16,651 nt of DNA from Sulfurimonadaceae bacterium (GTDB lineage: Bacteria; Campylobacterota; Campylobacteria; Campylobacterales; Sulfurimonadaceae): assembly GCA_041548245.1 (NCBI GenBank), contig JBFESZ010000041.1:1-16651 (forward strand), written 5' to 3'. Made by a program: the position numbers and the translations under genes. The notes below the pieces were generated by a model. That model made no database searches, had not been told where the DNA came from, and saw nothing but the letters and a program-made list of their open reading frames with translations. Each line of letters begins with the position of its first letter. Position 1 is the stretch's first letter. Positions 6,056 through 16,060 of the stretch are shown in pieces.

Positions 6056-8218
6056 ATGAAGATACTCCTCATTAATGATAATCCGGTTGTCGGAAAACTT
6101 GTCACTTTAAGTGCCCAAAAGACAGGAGATACTCTCAGCTCTTCTGGCTCTGTTGAGGAGGTTGAAGCAGGTTCATTTGACCTTGTGTTGATTGATGATG
6201 CTTCATATACTCCCGAAGTTATCGAAGCATTAAATGAGAAAATTACATTTTCACAAAGCTGTTTTATCGGGTCACGTTCATCAGAGAAGCCAGAGGGTTT
6301 CACACAGGAGTTGAAAAAACCTTTTTTACCGACAGATCTGGTTGATACTTTTATGGAGATATCTGCAAATATGGCACCTTCTGATATCGTAGAGCTTGAA
6401 GCGGAAGATGCTGCATTGCCAGAGACATCGGATACGATAGAAGAGTTGAGTGATCTGGACGAGGCAGAGAGCATGGAAGGGATTGTTGATCTTGAAGAGG
6501 ATATTGAAATTGAAGAGACAGCTTTGGCAGAAGATGAAGTCTTCGCTCTTGATGATGTCTTAGAGGAGCTTGAGCATGAAGATGAGGATGAACTGGTCGA
6601 AAGTTTGAGTGAAACAGAAGACGAATTTGAAGATGAGTTGATTGAAGAGACGCAAAGTATTCTTGATGAAGAAGATGTCAAGGAAGTCAAAGAGCTTTTA
6701 GAAGAGGCTGAAGAACCTTTAGAAGATGAGTCTGCCGAGGAAGTGATAGCAGAAGAGTTGAAAACCGCGTCAACACTTGCCGATGAGGCGACTCTTGATG
6801 AGATCAATGATGTATTGGACGATATAGAAGATGAGATGGCGGAAGAAAGTGAAGATGAAGAAGCACTGTCTTTAGATGAAGCGATTAAAGAGTTGGATCA
6901 AAGTGTAGAGAAGACGGAAGAACTCGGACTCTCAGAAGAGGAGCTACTTGAAGTTTTTGATACAGAAGAGACTCTTGATGAGCAGCCAAAAGAAGAGATG
7001 GCACCTGATGAATTCTCAGATTTACTGGATGATCAAGCGGAAGATAATCAGGTGTTAGATGAAACACTTTCAAGTGAAGATATGGATACTTTGCTTGAAG
7101 AGGTTCAAGATGATGCGGTACCATCTGAAGAGAGTGAAGCAGTTGAGGGTATAGAAGAGACAGCTCTTGAGGAAGATGATTTTGAAGGCCTTCTTGATGA
7201 TGAGTTTCTTGAGGAAGTTGATGAGTTGGAAGAGATGGCCACTTCAGAAGAACTGCTTGAAGAGCTTGAGAGAGAAGAGGAGATTGATGAAGAGATAGAT
7301 CTGGCTGAAGAGGAAGCAGAACTTGATGAATTGATAGAGATGTCTGAGAATGAAGCGGATTTTCAAGAGTTGTCTGAAGCAGATGATGGATTGGATGAAG
7401 AACTGGCGTTAACAAGTGAAGAAGAAGCAGAACTTGATGGACTTCTTGATGAAACAGTTAAAGATGAGGACGTCGAAGGGCTTGAGGGAATTCTTGAAGA
7501 AGCTGATGAATTGGAAGAGATACCTGATTCGGAAGAACTGCTAGAGGAGTTTGAAGAAGGGAATGAACTTGATGAGTTTAATACTGTCTCTAATGATGAA
7601 GGACAGCTAGATGAACTACTCGAAGAGATCGAAGAGGAGAGTACAGATCACTTAGAAGAAGAGACTCTTGAAGAAGATGAGATTGACTTAAATGCTTTAG
7701 ATGAAGAGATACAGGAAGCTTTAGAAGAGCTGGATGAAGAAGAGCTGTTGAGTGAGGTTGATGAGGAGCTGATTGGCGATGATGAGTTCGCCTCGATCAG
7801 TGAAAAAGATCTGAAGATTGCCTTGGGTGAAGCAGTAGAAGACGAGGAAGAAGCTGAGATACGTGATGAGATCGAAGCTCTTGAATCAAGTTTGGATGAA
7901 GAAGAGGATGAGATAGATTTAAGTGTAGGCCAGAGTGAGTTTGCCTCTTTAAATGAAGAGGCCTTGATCGAAGCACTAGGAAAGAGTGACATAGAAGAGA
8001 GTGACCATCCTGAATTGAGTGAAGTCGATGCATTCGTTGATGAGGTACCTGTTGAAAAAGATGATCTAAGCAAGAATATTGATCTTTCGGCTTCAGATGA
8101 TGAGGGCATCCTGGCTTTGGAAAATTTAATACAGACACTCAAGCAGAAGAATGTAAGAGAGGCCTTGAAGGGCATGGATATGAATATAAAAATCTCTTTT
8201 AACGATAAGGATAAATAA
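6056..8218 (+). CDS. chePep: ChePep-like chemotaxis regulator (N-terminal receiver-like domain, highly acidic body)
   Basis: Receiver pattern MKILLIND...FDLVLIDD...LKKPF, then about 570 aa rich in D/E/L and a short folded C-terminus. It lies immediately upstream of gmk-tatA-argS, as recalled for H. pylori HP0322 and C. jejuni Cj1178c. Confidence 0.8.
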   Translation: MKILLINDNPVVGKLVTLSAQKTGDTLSSSGSVEEVEAGSFDLVLIDDASYTPEVIEALNEKITFSQSCFIGSRSSEKPEGFTQELKKPFLPTDLVDTFMEISANMAPSDIVELEAEDAALPETSDTIEELSDLDEAESMEGIVDLEEDIEIEETALAEDEVFALDDVLEELEHEDEDELVESLSETEDEFEDELIEETQSILDEEDVKEVKELLEEAEEPLEDESAEEVIAEELKTASTLADEATLDEINDVLDDIEDEMAEESEDEEALSLDEAIKELDQSVEKTEELGLSEEELLEVFDTEETLDEQPKEEMAPDEFSDLLDDQAEDNQVLDETLSSEDMDTLLEEVQDDAVPSEESEAVEGIEETALEEDDFEGLLDDEFLEEVDELEEMATSEELLEELEREEEIDEEIDLAEEEAELDELIEMSENEADFQELSEADDGLDEELALTSEEEAELDGLLDETVKDEDVEGLEGILEEADELEEIPDSEELLEEFEEGNELDEFNTVSNDEGQLDELLEEIEEESTDHLEEETLEEDEIDLNALDEEIQEALEELDEEELLSEVDEELIGDDEFASISEKDLKIALGEAVEDEEEAEIRDEIEALESSLDEEEDEIDLSVGQSEFASLNEEALIEALGKSDIEESDHPELSEVDAFVDEVPVEKDDLSKNIDLSASDDEGILALENLIQTLKQKNVREALKGMDMNIKISFNDKDK
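7206..7554 (+). repeat. Degenerate in-frame direct repeats inside the acidic gene
   Basis: 7206-7269 vs 7491-7554: 52/64 identical by manual count, offset 95 codons. 7306-7328 vs 7417-7439: 22/23 identical, offset 37 codons. Confidence 0.75.
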
Positions 8219-8223
8219 GTTTT

Positions 8224-8844
8224 ATGGATCAAAATGGTGCAATTTTAGTTCTTTCAGGACCAAGTGGAGCAGGAAAAAGTTCATTAATCAAAAAGATAGA
8301 GGATGCGATAGGGCCCTATTATTTTTCAATCTCGACAACAACACGTCCAATGCGTGAAGGCGAAGTCGAAGGAGTGCACTATCATTTCGTCGATCAGGAT
8401 GAGTTCAAAAGAGATATAGAAGAAGAACATTTTTTAGAGTACGCTTTAGTTCATGGTAACTACTACGGAACATCAATAAAGCCTGTGAAAGAGGCTTTGA
8501 GTGAAGGGAAGATCGTTATCTTTGATATTGATGTACAAGGGCATGATGCCGTTCAGAACCGTCTTGGCGATATTACCACTTCGGTCTTCATCACGACACC
8601 TTCATTAAAAGAGCTAAAACATCGACTTAACTCTCGTGGAACGGATGATCAGGCTGTTATCGATGCCCGTATAGAGATGGCGACGCGTGAAGTTCAGCGT
8701 ATCAGTGAGTATGACTATCTTGTCATCAATGATGATCTTGATGCAGCTGCGGAACAGCTTATTTCAATTGCTCATGCATCGCGCCTGAAGATGCCGTCGA
8801 TGAAGATCAGTGAGTTTATCCATGCATGGGAAGAAAACGCTTAA
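8224..8844 (+). CDS. gmk: Guanylate kinase
   Basis: Motifs LSGPSGAGKS, STTTRPMREGEVEGVHYHF, FLEYALVHGNYYGT and DIDVQG. Confidence 0.98.
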   Translation: MDQNGAILVLSGPSGAGKSSLIKKIEDAIGPYYFSISTTTRPMREGEVEGVHYHFVDQDEFKRDIEEEHFLEYALVHGNYYGTSIKPVKEALSEGKIVIFDIDVQGHDAVQNRLGDITTSVFITTPSLKELKHRLNSRGTDDQAVIDARIEMATREVQRISEYDYLVINDDLDAAAEQLISIAHASRLKMPSMKISEFIHAWEENA

Positions 8845-8904
8845 TAAGTATTTCTACAGCAACAAAGAGATAAAATACAAGATTATTTTTTTAAAGGAAA
8901 AACC

Positions 8905-9141
8905 ATGGGTATGCCAAGTGGAATGGAACTATTATTAATTTTTGGAATTGTTGTACTACTTTTTGGTGCTAAAAAGATCCCGGATCTTGCAAAAGGTATC
9001 GGTAAAGGAATCAAAGATTTCAAAAACGAGATGAAAGATGAAGAATCAACAGTGGCTTCATCGGATGAACCAAAAAAAGTTGAAAAAACAGAATCTACAG
9101 AAGAGACAGCTGCACCTTCTGATACTACTAAACAAGCCTAA
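8905..9141 (+). CDS. tatA: Twin-arginine translocase TatA/E subunit
   Basis: ELLLIFGIVVLLFGAKKIPDLAKGIGKGIKDFK; AAGGA RBS; possible TAAAAT -10 box at 8871-8876. Confidence 0.96.
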   Translation: MGMPSGMELLLIFGIVVLLFGAKKIPDLAKGIGKGIKDFKNEMKDEESTVASSDEPKKVEKTESTEETAAPSDTTKQA

Positions 9142-9143
9142 CC

Positions 9144-10730
9144 TTGAAGCAGCGAGTCCTCGCGCTGCTTAGCAGCGAAATCCAACGTGATATTATCTTA
9201 GAGAAACCTCGTGACCGATCTTTTGGTCATTTCGCAACGCCTATTGCCTTTGCTATGGCAAAAGAGTTGAAAAAGTCTCCGATGGTCATTGCAGCAGAAT
9301 TGGTTGAGCTTTTCTCTAAGGATGAGATGTTTGCCAATGTCGAAGCAGTCAAAGGATACCTGAACTTTAAGCTGAGTGAAGACTTCTTGGATGAGTATGC
9401 TTCATGGGCTTTAGCAAATCCTGATGAATTTGGCAAAGGAAATGAATCAAGCAAGATCCTTTTAGAGTTTGTCTCTGCCAATCCGACAGGTCCTCTTCAT
9501 ATTGGACATGCCCGTGGTGCAGTCTACGGAGATACACTTCTTCGTTTAGGACGTCATCTTGGACATGATATTACTGCTGAGTATTATGTCAATGATGCGG
9601 GTAATCAGATCGATCTTTTAGGAACCTCTTTGATGCTCGAGGGTCAGTCAAATATCCTTGGTCTCGAGGTGGAGTATCCGGAGAACTATTATCGGGGCGA
9701 ATATCTTACGGAACTGGCTAAGATAGCGGCTGATAAATACGGGAACGAAGTCTTCACGGATGAAGAGAAGATCAAAGAAGTCGCACTGTGGGCCAAAGAT
9801 GAAGTTCTTGAGATGATCGTCAAAGATCTCAGTGCGATTAACGTGCATTTTGATACCTTTGTCAGTGAAGCCGGGCTTTATGAAGACTGGGACAGGGTTA
9901 TGCAGAAGCTTCAGGCTTCCGGCGGTGTTACAGAGATTGATGGTAAGCAGTGGCTTAAGTCTTCTGAAAAAGGAGATGAAAAAGATAGGGTGATCGTTCG
10001 TGAGGATGGACGTCCTACCTATCTTGCGGGTGATATCATCTATCACAACCAGAAGTTTGAGAGAAACTATGACAAATATATCAATATCTGGGGTGCAGAC
10101 CACCATGGTTACATCGCTCGTGTAAAAGCATCGGCAAACTTTTTGGGACATGATGAGAAAAACCTTGACATCCAACTGACGCAGATGGTTTCCCTGCTTA
10201 AGGACGGTGAACCGTTCAAGATGAGCAAGCGTGCAGGTACGGTCATCGGCATGAATGATGTCGTTGAAGAGATCGGCTCTGATGCACTTCGTTTCATGTT
10301 TGCTTCGAAAAAGTCAGATACAGCTTTAGAGTTCGACCTTGAAGATTTGAAAAAGACGGATAGTTCGAACCCGGTGTTCTATGTCAACTATGCACATGCC
10401 CGTATTCAGACAATCCTTTCTAAAAGTGAGATCAGTCGTGAAGAGATCATGGCTTCTTCCTTGAAAAGTCTTGGAGAAGATGCCGACAACCTTCTCTTTG
10501 AGGCGATGCTTTTGAATGAAGTCGTTGAAGATGCGTTTAACTCGCGTCAGATACAAAAGTTGACAGATTATCTCAAGGGTCTTGCAAGTACTTATCATAA
10601 GTACTATTATGACCATAAGGTGATTGGTACAGAAGATGAAGCGAAAATATTGAAGCTGTTCCTCGTTGTGGCCTTGTCAATTAAGACAGGACTTTCTTTG
10701 TTGGGAATCACGGCAAAGGATAAAATGTAA
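9144..10730 (+). CDS. argS: Arginine--tRNA ligase
   Basis: EFVSANPTGPLHIGHARG (HIGH motif), WGADHHGY, KMSKRAG and YVNYAHAR; TTG start 2 nt after the tatA stop. Confidence 0.98.
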   Translation: MKQRVLALLSSEIQRDIILEKPRDRSFGHFATPIAFAMAKELKKSPMVIAAELVELFSKDEMFANVEAVKGYLNFKLSEDFLDEYASWALANPDEFGKGNESSKILLEFVSANPTGPLHIGHARGAVYGDTLLRLGRHLGHDITAEYYVNDAGNQIDLLGTSLMLEGQSNILGLEVEYPENYYRGEYLTELAKIAADKYGNEVFTDEEKIKEVALWAKDEVLEMIVKDLSAINVHFDTFVSEAGLYEDWDRVMQKLQASGGVTEIDGKQWLKSSEKGDEKDRVIVREDGRPTYLAGDIIYHNQKFERNYDKYINIWGADHHGYIARVKASANFLGHDEKNLDIQLTQMVSLLKDGEPFKMSKRAGTVIGMNDVVEEIGSDALRFMFASKKSDTALEFDLEDLKKTDSSNPVFYVNYAHARIQTILSKSEISREEIMASSLKSLGEDADNLLFEAMLLNEVVEDAFNSRQIQKLTDYLKGLASTYHKYYYDHKVIGTEDEAKILKLFLVVALSIKTGLSLLGITAKDKM

Positions 10731-10750
10731 AAAGCAATGCTTTTTACATT
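10724..10750. terminator. Hairpin between convergent argS and rsfS, probable bidirectional terminator
   Basis: Perfect 12-bp inverted repeat AATGTAAAAAGC-AAT-GCTTTTTACATT. Confidence 0.65.
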
Positions 10751-10759
10751 GTTTACTGT

Positions 10760-11089
10760 TTAGTCCTCTTCACGAAGTGAAGCAACTTCTCCCAAAAACT
10801 CTTCCATATTGTATTTTGCACGATACTCCGGTGTCATGATATGTATTAAGATATCGCCCAGATCAACAACAATCCATTCATCACTGATATCAACTCCGAG
10901 AAATTTCTCTGCCGGTTTAAGATCCGTCTTTAGGTAGTTTAAAAGTGCCTCAGTATGGCGTGCGTTGAGTGCAGAGGCGATGATGACCTGATCAACAAAG
11001 TAGTCTTTTCCTCTAAGGTCAAAAACCTCAATGTTCTCAGCTTTGTTTTTATCCAGAACCGATGAGATCTTTTCTATACGTTTATCCAT
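10760..11089 (-). CDS. rsfS: Ribosome silencing factor RsfS (Iojap/YbeB)
   Basis: Motifs LDKNKAENIEVFDL and WIVVDLGDILIHIMTPEYRAKYNMEE; overlaps the nadD 3' end by 8 nt. Confidence 0.95.
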   Translation of the reverse strand: MDKRIEKISSVLDKNKAENIEVFDLRGKDYFVDQVIIASALNARHTEALLNYLKTDLKPAEKFLGVDISDEWIVVDLGDILIHIMTPEYRAKYNMEEFLGEVASLREED

Positions 11090-11621
11090 TGTTTATATCC
11101 TTGTAATAGGTGATTATTTCATTGGCAATGCTCTTGTCAAGATAGGCCTCATTGACCTGTTCCCTTAACTCGGTAGCGGAGATGTCTTGGTGGACATCAA
11201 GTGTTATATACTTGTCTGGAATACTTATCCCATTACGTGTTGCTACAACCCATGTGACTAATTTGTCTAGTTCTTCAAAGTTCTTCCACGCTGAAAGGGA
11301 TTGAAGATTGTCTGCACCGATAATCAAATAGATGATGTCACCATCATTTTGTATGTGCTTAACCGTTTCAATAGAGGTTACAGCCCTGTTTTGATCAATT
11401 TCAAATGAACTTACTTCTACATTCTCCAGCTCTTTTGTCATGGCTTTTAGCCATTTTAGACGAAGTTCTGCCGGTGCAAAAGATTTTGATTTGAATGGGT
11501 TTAAAAAGGCAGGCACTACAATCAGTTTATCTATATCAAGAGAGGTTAAAACCTGTTTGATAATCTCTAAATGCCCTATATGAGGGGGATCAAAGCTTCC
11601 GCCAAAGATTGCTTTTTTCAT
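11082..11621 (-). CDS. nadD: Nicotinate-nucleotide adenylyltransferase
   Basis: Motifs AIFGGSFDPPHIGH, IIGADN and DISATELR. The start is probably ATG 11621 (MKKAIF, preceded by GGTG); ATG 11630 is the alternative. Confidence 0.95.
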   Translation of the reverse strand: MKKAIFGGSFDPPHIGHLEIIKQVLTSLDIDKLIVVPAFLNPFKSKSFAPAELRLKWLKAMTKELENVEVSSFEIDQNRAVTSIETVKHIQNDGDIIYLIIGADNLQSLSAWKNFEELDKLVTWVVATRNGISIPDKYITLDVHQDISATELREQVNEAYLDKSIANEIITYYKDINNG

Positions 11622-11641
11622 CGTCACCATAATTTATGAGA

Positions 11642-11665
11642 ATTATAACCAAAAATAGGTATAAT
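11642..11665. promoter_or_regulatory. Back-to-back -10 boxes for nadD-rsfS (-) and the gap operon (+)
   Basis: ATTATA (11642-11647, TATAAT on -) and TATAAT (11660-11665, +), separated by 12 nt. Confidence 0.6.
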
Positions 11666-11709
11666 CGCGCTATATTTTTCCCTATATGGAATGGATAAGG
11701 TATTAAAAT

Positions 11710-12702
11710 ATGGCATTAAAAATTGCAATTAATGGATTGGGACGCATTGGTCGTTGTGTGGCACGTATTATCGCAGATAGAGATGATATCGAACTGGTGG
11801 CGGTTAATGCTAGCGGTTCACATGAGATGATTGCGTATAATTTGAAGTATGACTCGGTGCATGGCACGCGTAATGATGTAAAGGTTGAAGACGGTTATCT
11901 TTGTATTGGAAATGAACGTGCTAAGATATTGTCTGAACGTGATCCTGCTAAGTTGGACTTTTCCGGTGCAGGAGCCGAGATGGTATTAGAGTGTACCGGT
12001 GCATTTTTAACGCAAGAGAGTGTACAGGCTTATTTAGATAACGGCATCAAGAAAGTTCTCTTTTCCGCACCGGCTAAAGATGATACCCCTACTTTTGTTA
12101 TTGGTGCCAATGAGCAAGACTATGCAGGAGAGGCTGTTGTCTCAAACGCTTCATGTACGACTAATGGTCTGGCCCCTGTTGCAAAAGTGCTTGATGAAGC
12201 ATTCGGTATCAAAAATGGTTTGATGACAACGATTCATTCCTACACATCATCACAGCCTATTTTAGATAGCAAGCACAAAAAAGACCCGCGTAAAGGACGT
12301 TCAGGCGCAACAAACCTAGTTCCTACAACGACAGGAGCGGCTAAAGCGATTTCAAAAGTACTCCCTAATCTTGCGGGTAAGTTAAATGGTCAGGCAATTC
12401 GTGTTCCTACGCCTGATGTTTCCATGGTGGATTTGACAGTCACACTGAACAAAGATGTGACATTAGAGATGGTACAAGAAGCATTTAAAACAGCAAGTGA
12501 AGGTTCGCATAAAGGTATCTTAGGCGTTGATGAAGAATACCGTGTATCTCAAGACTTTGTAGGTGAGAGTCTTAGTACAGTCGTTGCAATGGATACGATT
12601 CAGGTGATCGACAACAACCTTGTCAAAGTCCTTTCATGGTATGACAATGAGTGGGGTTACTCTTCACGCCTGGTCGATATGGCGATTCATATCTCAAAAT
12701 AA
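11710..12702 (+). CDS. gap: Type I glyceraldehyde-3-phosphate dehydrogenase
   Basis: Motifs INGLGRIGR, KYDSVHG, SNASCTTN, TTGAAKA, RVPTPDVS and WYDNEWGYS. Confidence 0.98.
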   Translation: MALKIAINGLGRIGRCVARIIADRDDIELVAVNASGSHEMIAYNLKYDSVHGTRNDVKVEDGYLCIGNERAKILSERDPAKLDFSGAGAEMVLECTGAFLTQESVQAYLDNGIKKVLFSAPAKDDTPTFVIGANEQDYAGEAVVSNASCTTNGLAPVAKVLDEAFGIKNGLMTTIHSYTSSQPILDSKHKKDPRKGRSGATNLVPTTTGAAKAISKVLPNLAGKLNGQAIRVPTPDVSMVDLTVTLNKDVTLEMVQEAFKTASEGSHKGILGVDEEYRVSQDFVGESLSTVVAMDTIQVIDNNLVKVLSWYDNEWGYSSRLVDMAIHISK

Positions 12703-12727
12703 CCTATAATTTTTAGTAAGGAAATCA

Positions 12728-13926
12728 ATGCAGCTTCATTCGATTAAAGATTTAGACTTCAAAGGCAAGAGGGTATTTATCCGTTGTGACTTTAATGTAC
12801 CGATGGATGAATACGGTAATATCACAGATGATAGACGTATCCGTTCAGCGATTTCGACGATCAATTACTGCTTAGACCAGGATTGTGCGATTATTCTTGC
12901 ATCGCATCTGGGCCGTCCTAAAGGTGAGTTCTCTGAAAAATATTCTTTGGCACCGGTACAAAGAAGATTACATCAGTTACTTCAGCGTGATGTCATGTTG
13001 GCTAAGGATGTTGTTGGTGAAGATGCCCTTGAGAAAGTCTCTAAAATGAAGTGTTGCGACGTACTTCTTTTGGAGAATCTTCGCTTTGAAAAGGGTGAGA
13101 CAAAGAATGATGAAATCCTATCTAAAACTTTAGCGAATATGGCGGATGTCTATATCAATGATGCCTTCGGCGTGTCACACCGTGCGCATGCCTCGGTAGA
13201 AGGCATCACTCATCATTTTGATGAGAAGCATAAAGCGGCAGGATTCCTGCTTCAAAAAGAGATCAAGTTCTTTGGTGCACTTATCAAACGTCCGGTACGT
13301 CCTTTCGTCTCGGTTGTTGGTGGTTCAAAAGTATCGGGAAAACTTGAAGCGTTGATCAACCTGCTTCCAAAAGTCGACAAGATGATTATCGGCGGGGGTA
13401 TGGCATTTACCTTCCTCAAGGCGCTTGGCCATGATGTTGGGAACTCTTTGGTTGAAGATGATCTGATCGATGATGCTCTTCATATTATGGATGAGGCGAA
13501 GAAGCGAGGGGTAAAACTTTATCTGCCTGTTGATGTGGTCGCTGCTCAGACCTTTTCAGCAGATTCAGCGACGAAGATCACGACAGCACAAGAGATCCCT
13601 CAAGGTTGGATGGGTCTGGATATCGGACCAGCGACGGTGCGTCTTTTCCGTGAAGCGCTGAGCGACGCACAGACGATTCTTTGGAATGGCCCTATGGGTG
13701 TCTACGAGATGGAGAAGTTCGCCCGTGGTTCAAACAAAACGGCTCACTATATCGCTGATACTTATGCGACGACAGTAGTCGGTGGTGGAGATACAGCAGA
13801 CCTGGTACAACGCATTGGCCTGGATGAAGAGATGACCTTTATCTCTACAGGTGGCGGGGCATCGCTTGAACTCTTAGAAGGTAAAGTACTGCCTGGTGTG
13901 GCTCCTTTGATATGTGAGGAAGAGAA

Positions 13927-13930
<4 letters not shown>
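12728..13930 (+). CDS. pgk: Phosphoglycerate kinase
   Basis: Motifs [44 protein letters not shown] and STGGGASLE. Confidence 0.99.
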
Positions 13931-15473
<1,543 letters not shown>

Positions 15474-15487
15474 GTTATAGTAAAGAG

Positions 15488-16003
15488 TTAATTACCGATT
15501 ACCGGTAGTTTACTTATCTTCTCATAATGGGCAGGCTCTTGGGGTTGTCCTTTTCTCTCTTCCTCTTTCTTTTTGAAATACTTTTCAGCTTTATCGACAT
15601 AGTGCTGAATAGTAAAATGCTCACTAGCCTCTTTGTCTTTTTCACTCTGATCTTTATCACCTTGAAAAGTGGGGTTCCACTCTTCGGTCATCCATGCATC
15701 AAGTTTCTTCTGCAAAGCACCTTTTTCTTCACGTTCACTGTCTCTTTTGTACGTACTTGACCATGCGACATCAGCACCAGTACCACTATTGATAGTACTG
15801 TTTGTTGTTTTATCATCTGTTTGATTGCCTGATACGGTTCTATTGTCTGGCTTTATATCACGATGACTCTGTATAGTTTCATTGCTCTCTTTATTGTTGA
15901 AATACTTATCTGCATAGGATTGTAGGGTAAATGGTTTGTTACTGCAAGCGCTAAGAAGAAGCCCTGTTGTTAGTATGCAATAAAATTGAATGAAACGTTT
16001 CAT
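15488..16003 (-). CDS. Hypothetical lipoprotein
   Basis: ATG 16003 with an AAAGG RBS gives MKRFIQFYCILTTGLLLSA-C (lipobox LSAC), 171 aa. The longer ORF-track start at 16066 would lie upstream of the apparent promoter. Confidence 0.8.
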   Translation of the reverse strand: MKRFIQFYCILTTGLLLSACSNKPFTLQSYADKYFNNKESNETIQSHRDIKPDNRTVSGNQTDDKTTNSTINSGTGADVAWSSTYKRDSEREEKGALQKKLDAWMTEEWNPTFQGDKDQSEKDKEASEHFTIQHYVDKAEKYFKKKEEERKGQPQEPAHYEKISKLPVIGN

Positions 16004-16029
16004 TGGTAGCCTTTGTTTATAATAGTTAT

Positions 16030-16038
16030 AGTATATCA
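16030..16038 (-). promoter_or_regulatory. Extended -10 promoter of the lipoprotein gene
   Basis: TGaTATACT on the minus strand, 26 nt upstream of ATG 16003. Confidence 0.5.
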
Positions 16039-16060
16039 AGAAAAAGATAAAAAGCTGAAA

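Noticed and set aside
6400..8050. Repetitive GAAGA/GATGA-rich tract considered as a CRISPR array or satellite
   Set aside because: There is no fixed repeat-spacer period; the pattern is explained by Glu/Asp codons.
6010..8232. Long minus-strand ORFs (6010-6807, 6885-7415, 7648-8232, 7797-8138)
   Set aside because: They are shadows of the GAA/GAT-rich chePep gene; the poly-Ser and Leu/His/Gln translations are what its reverse complement produces.
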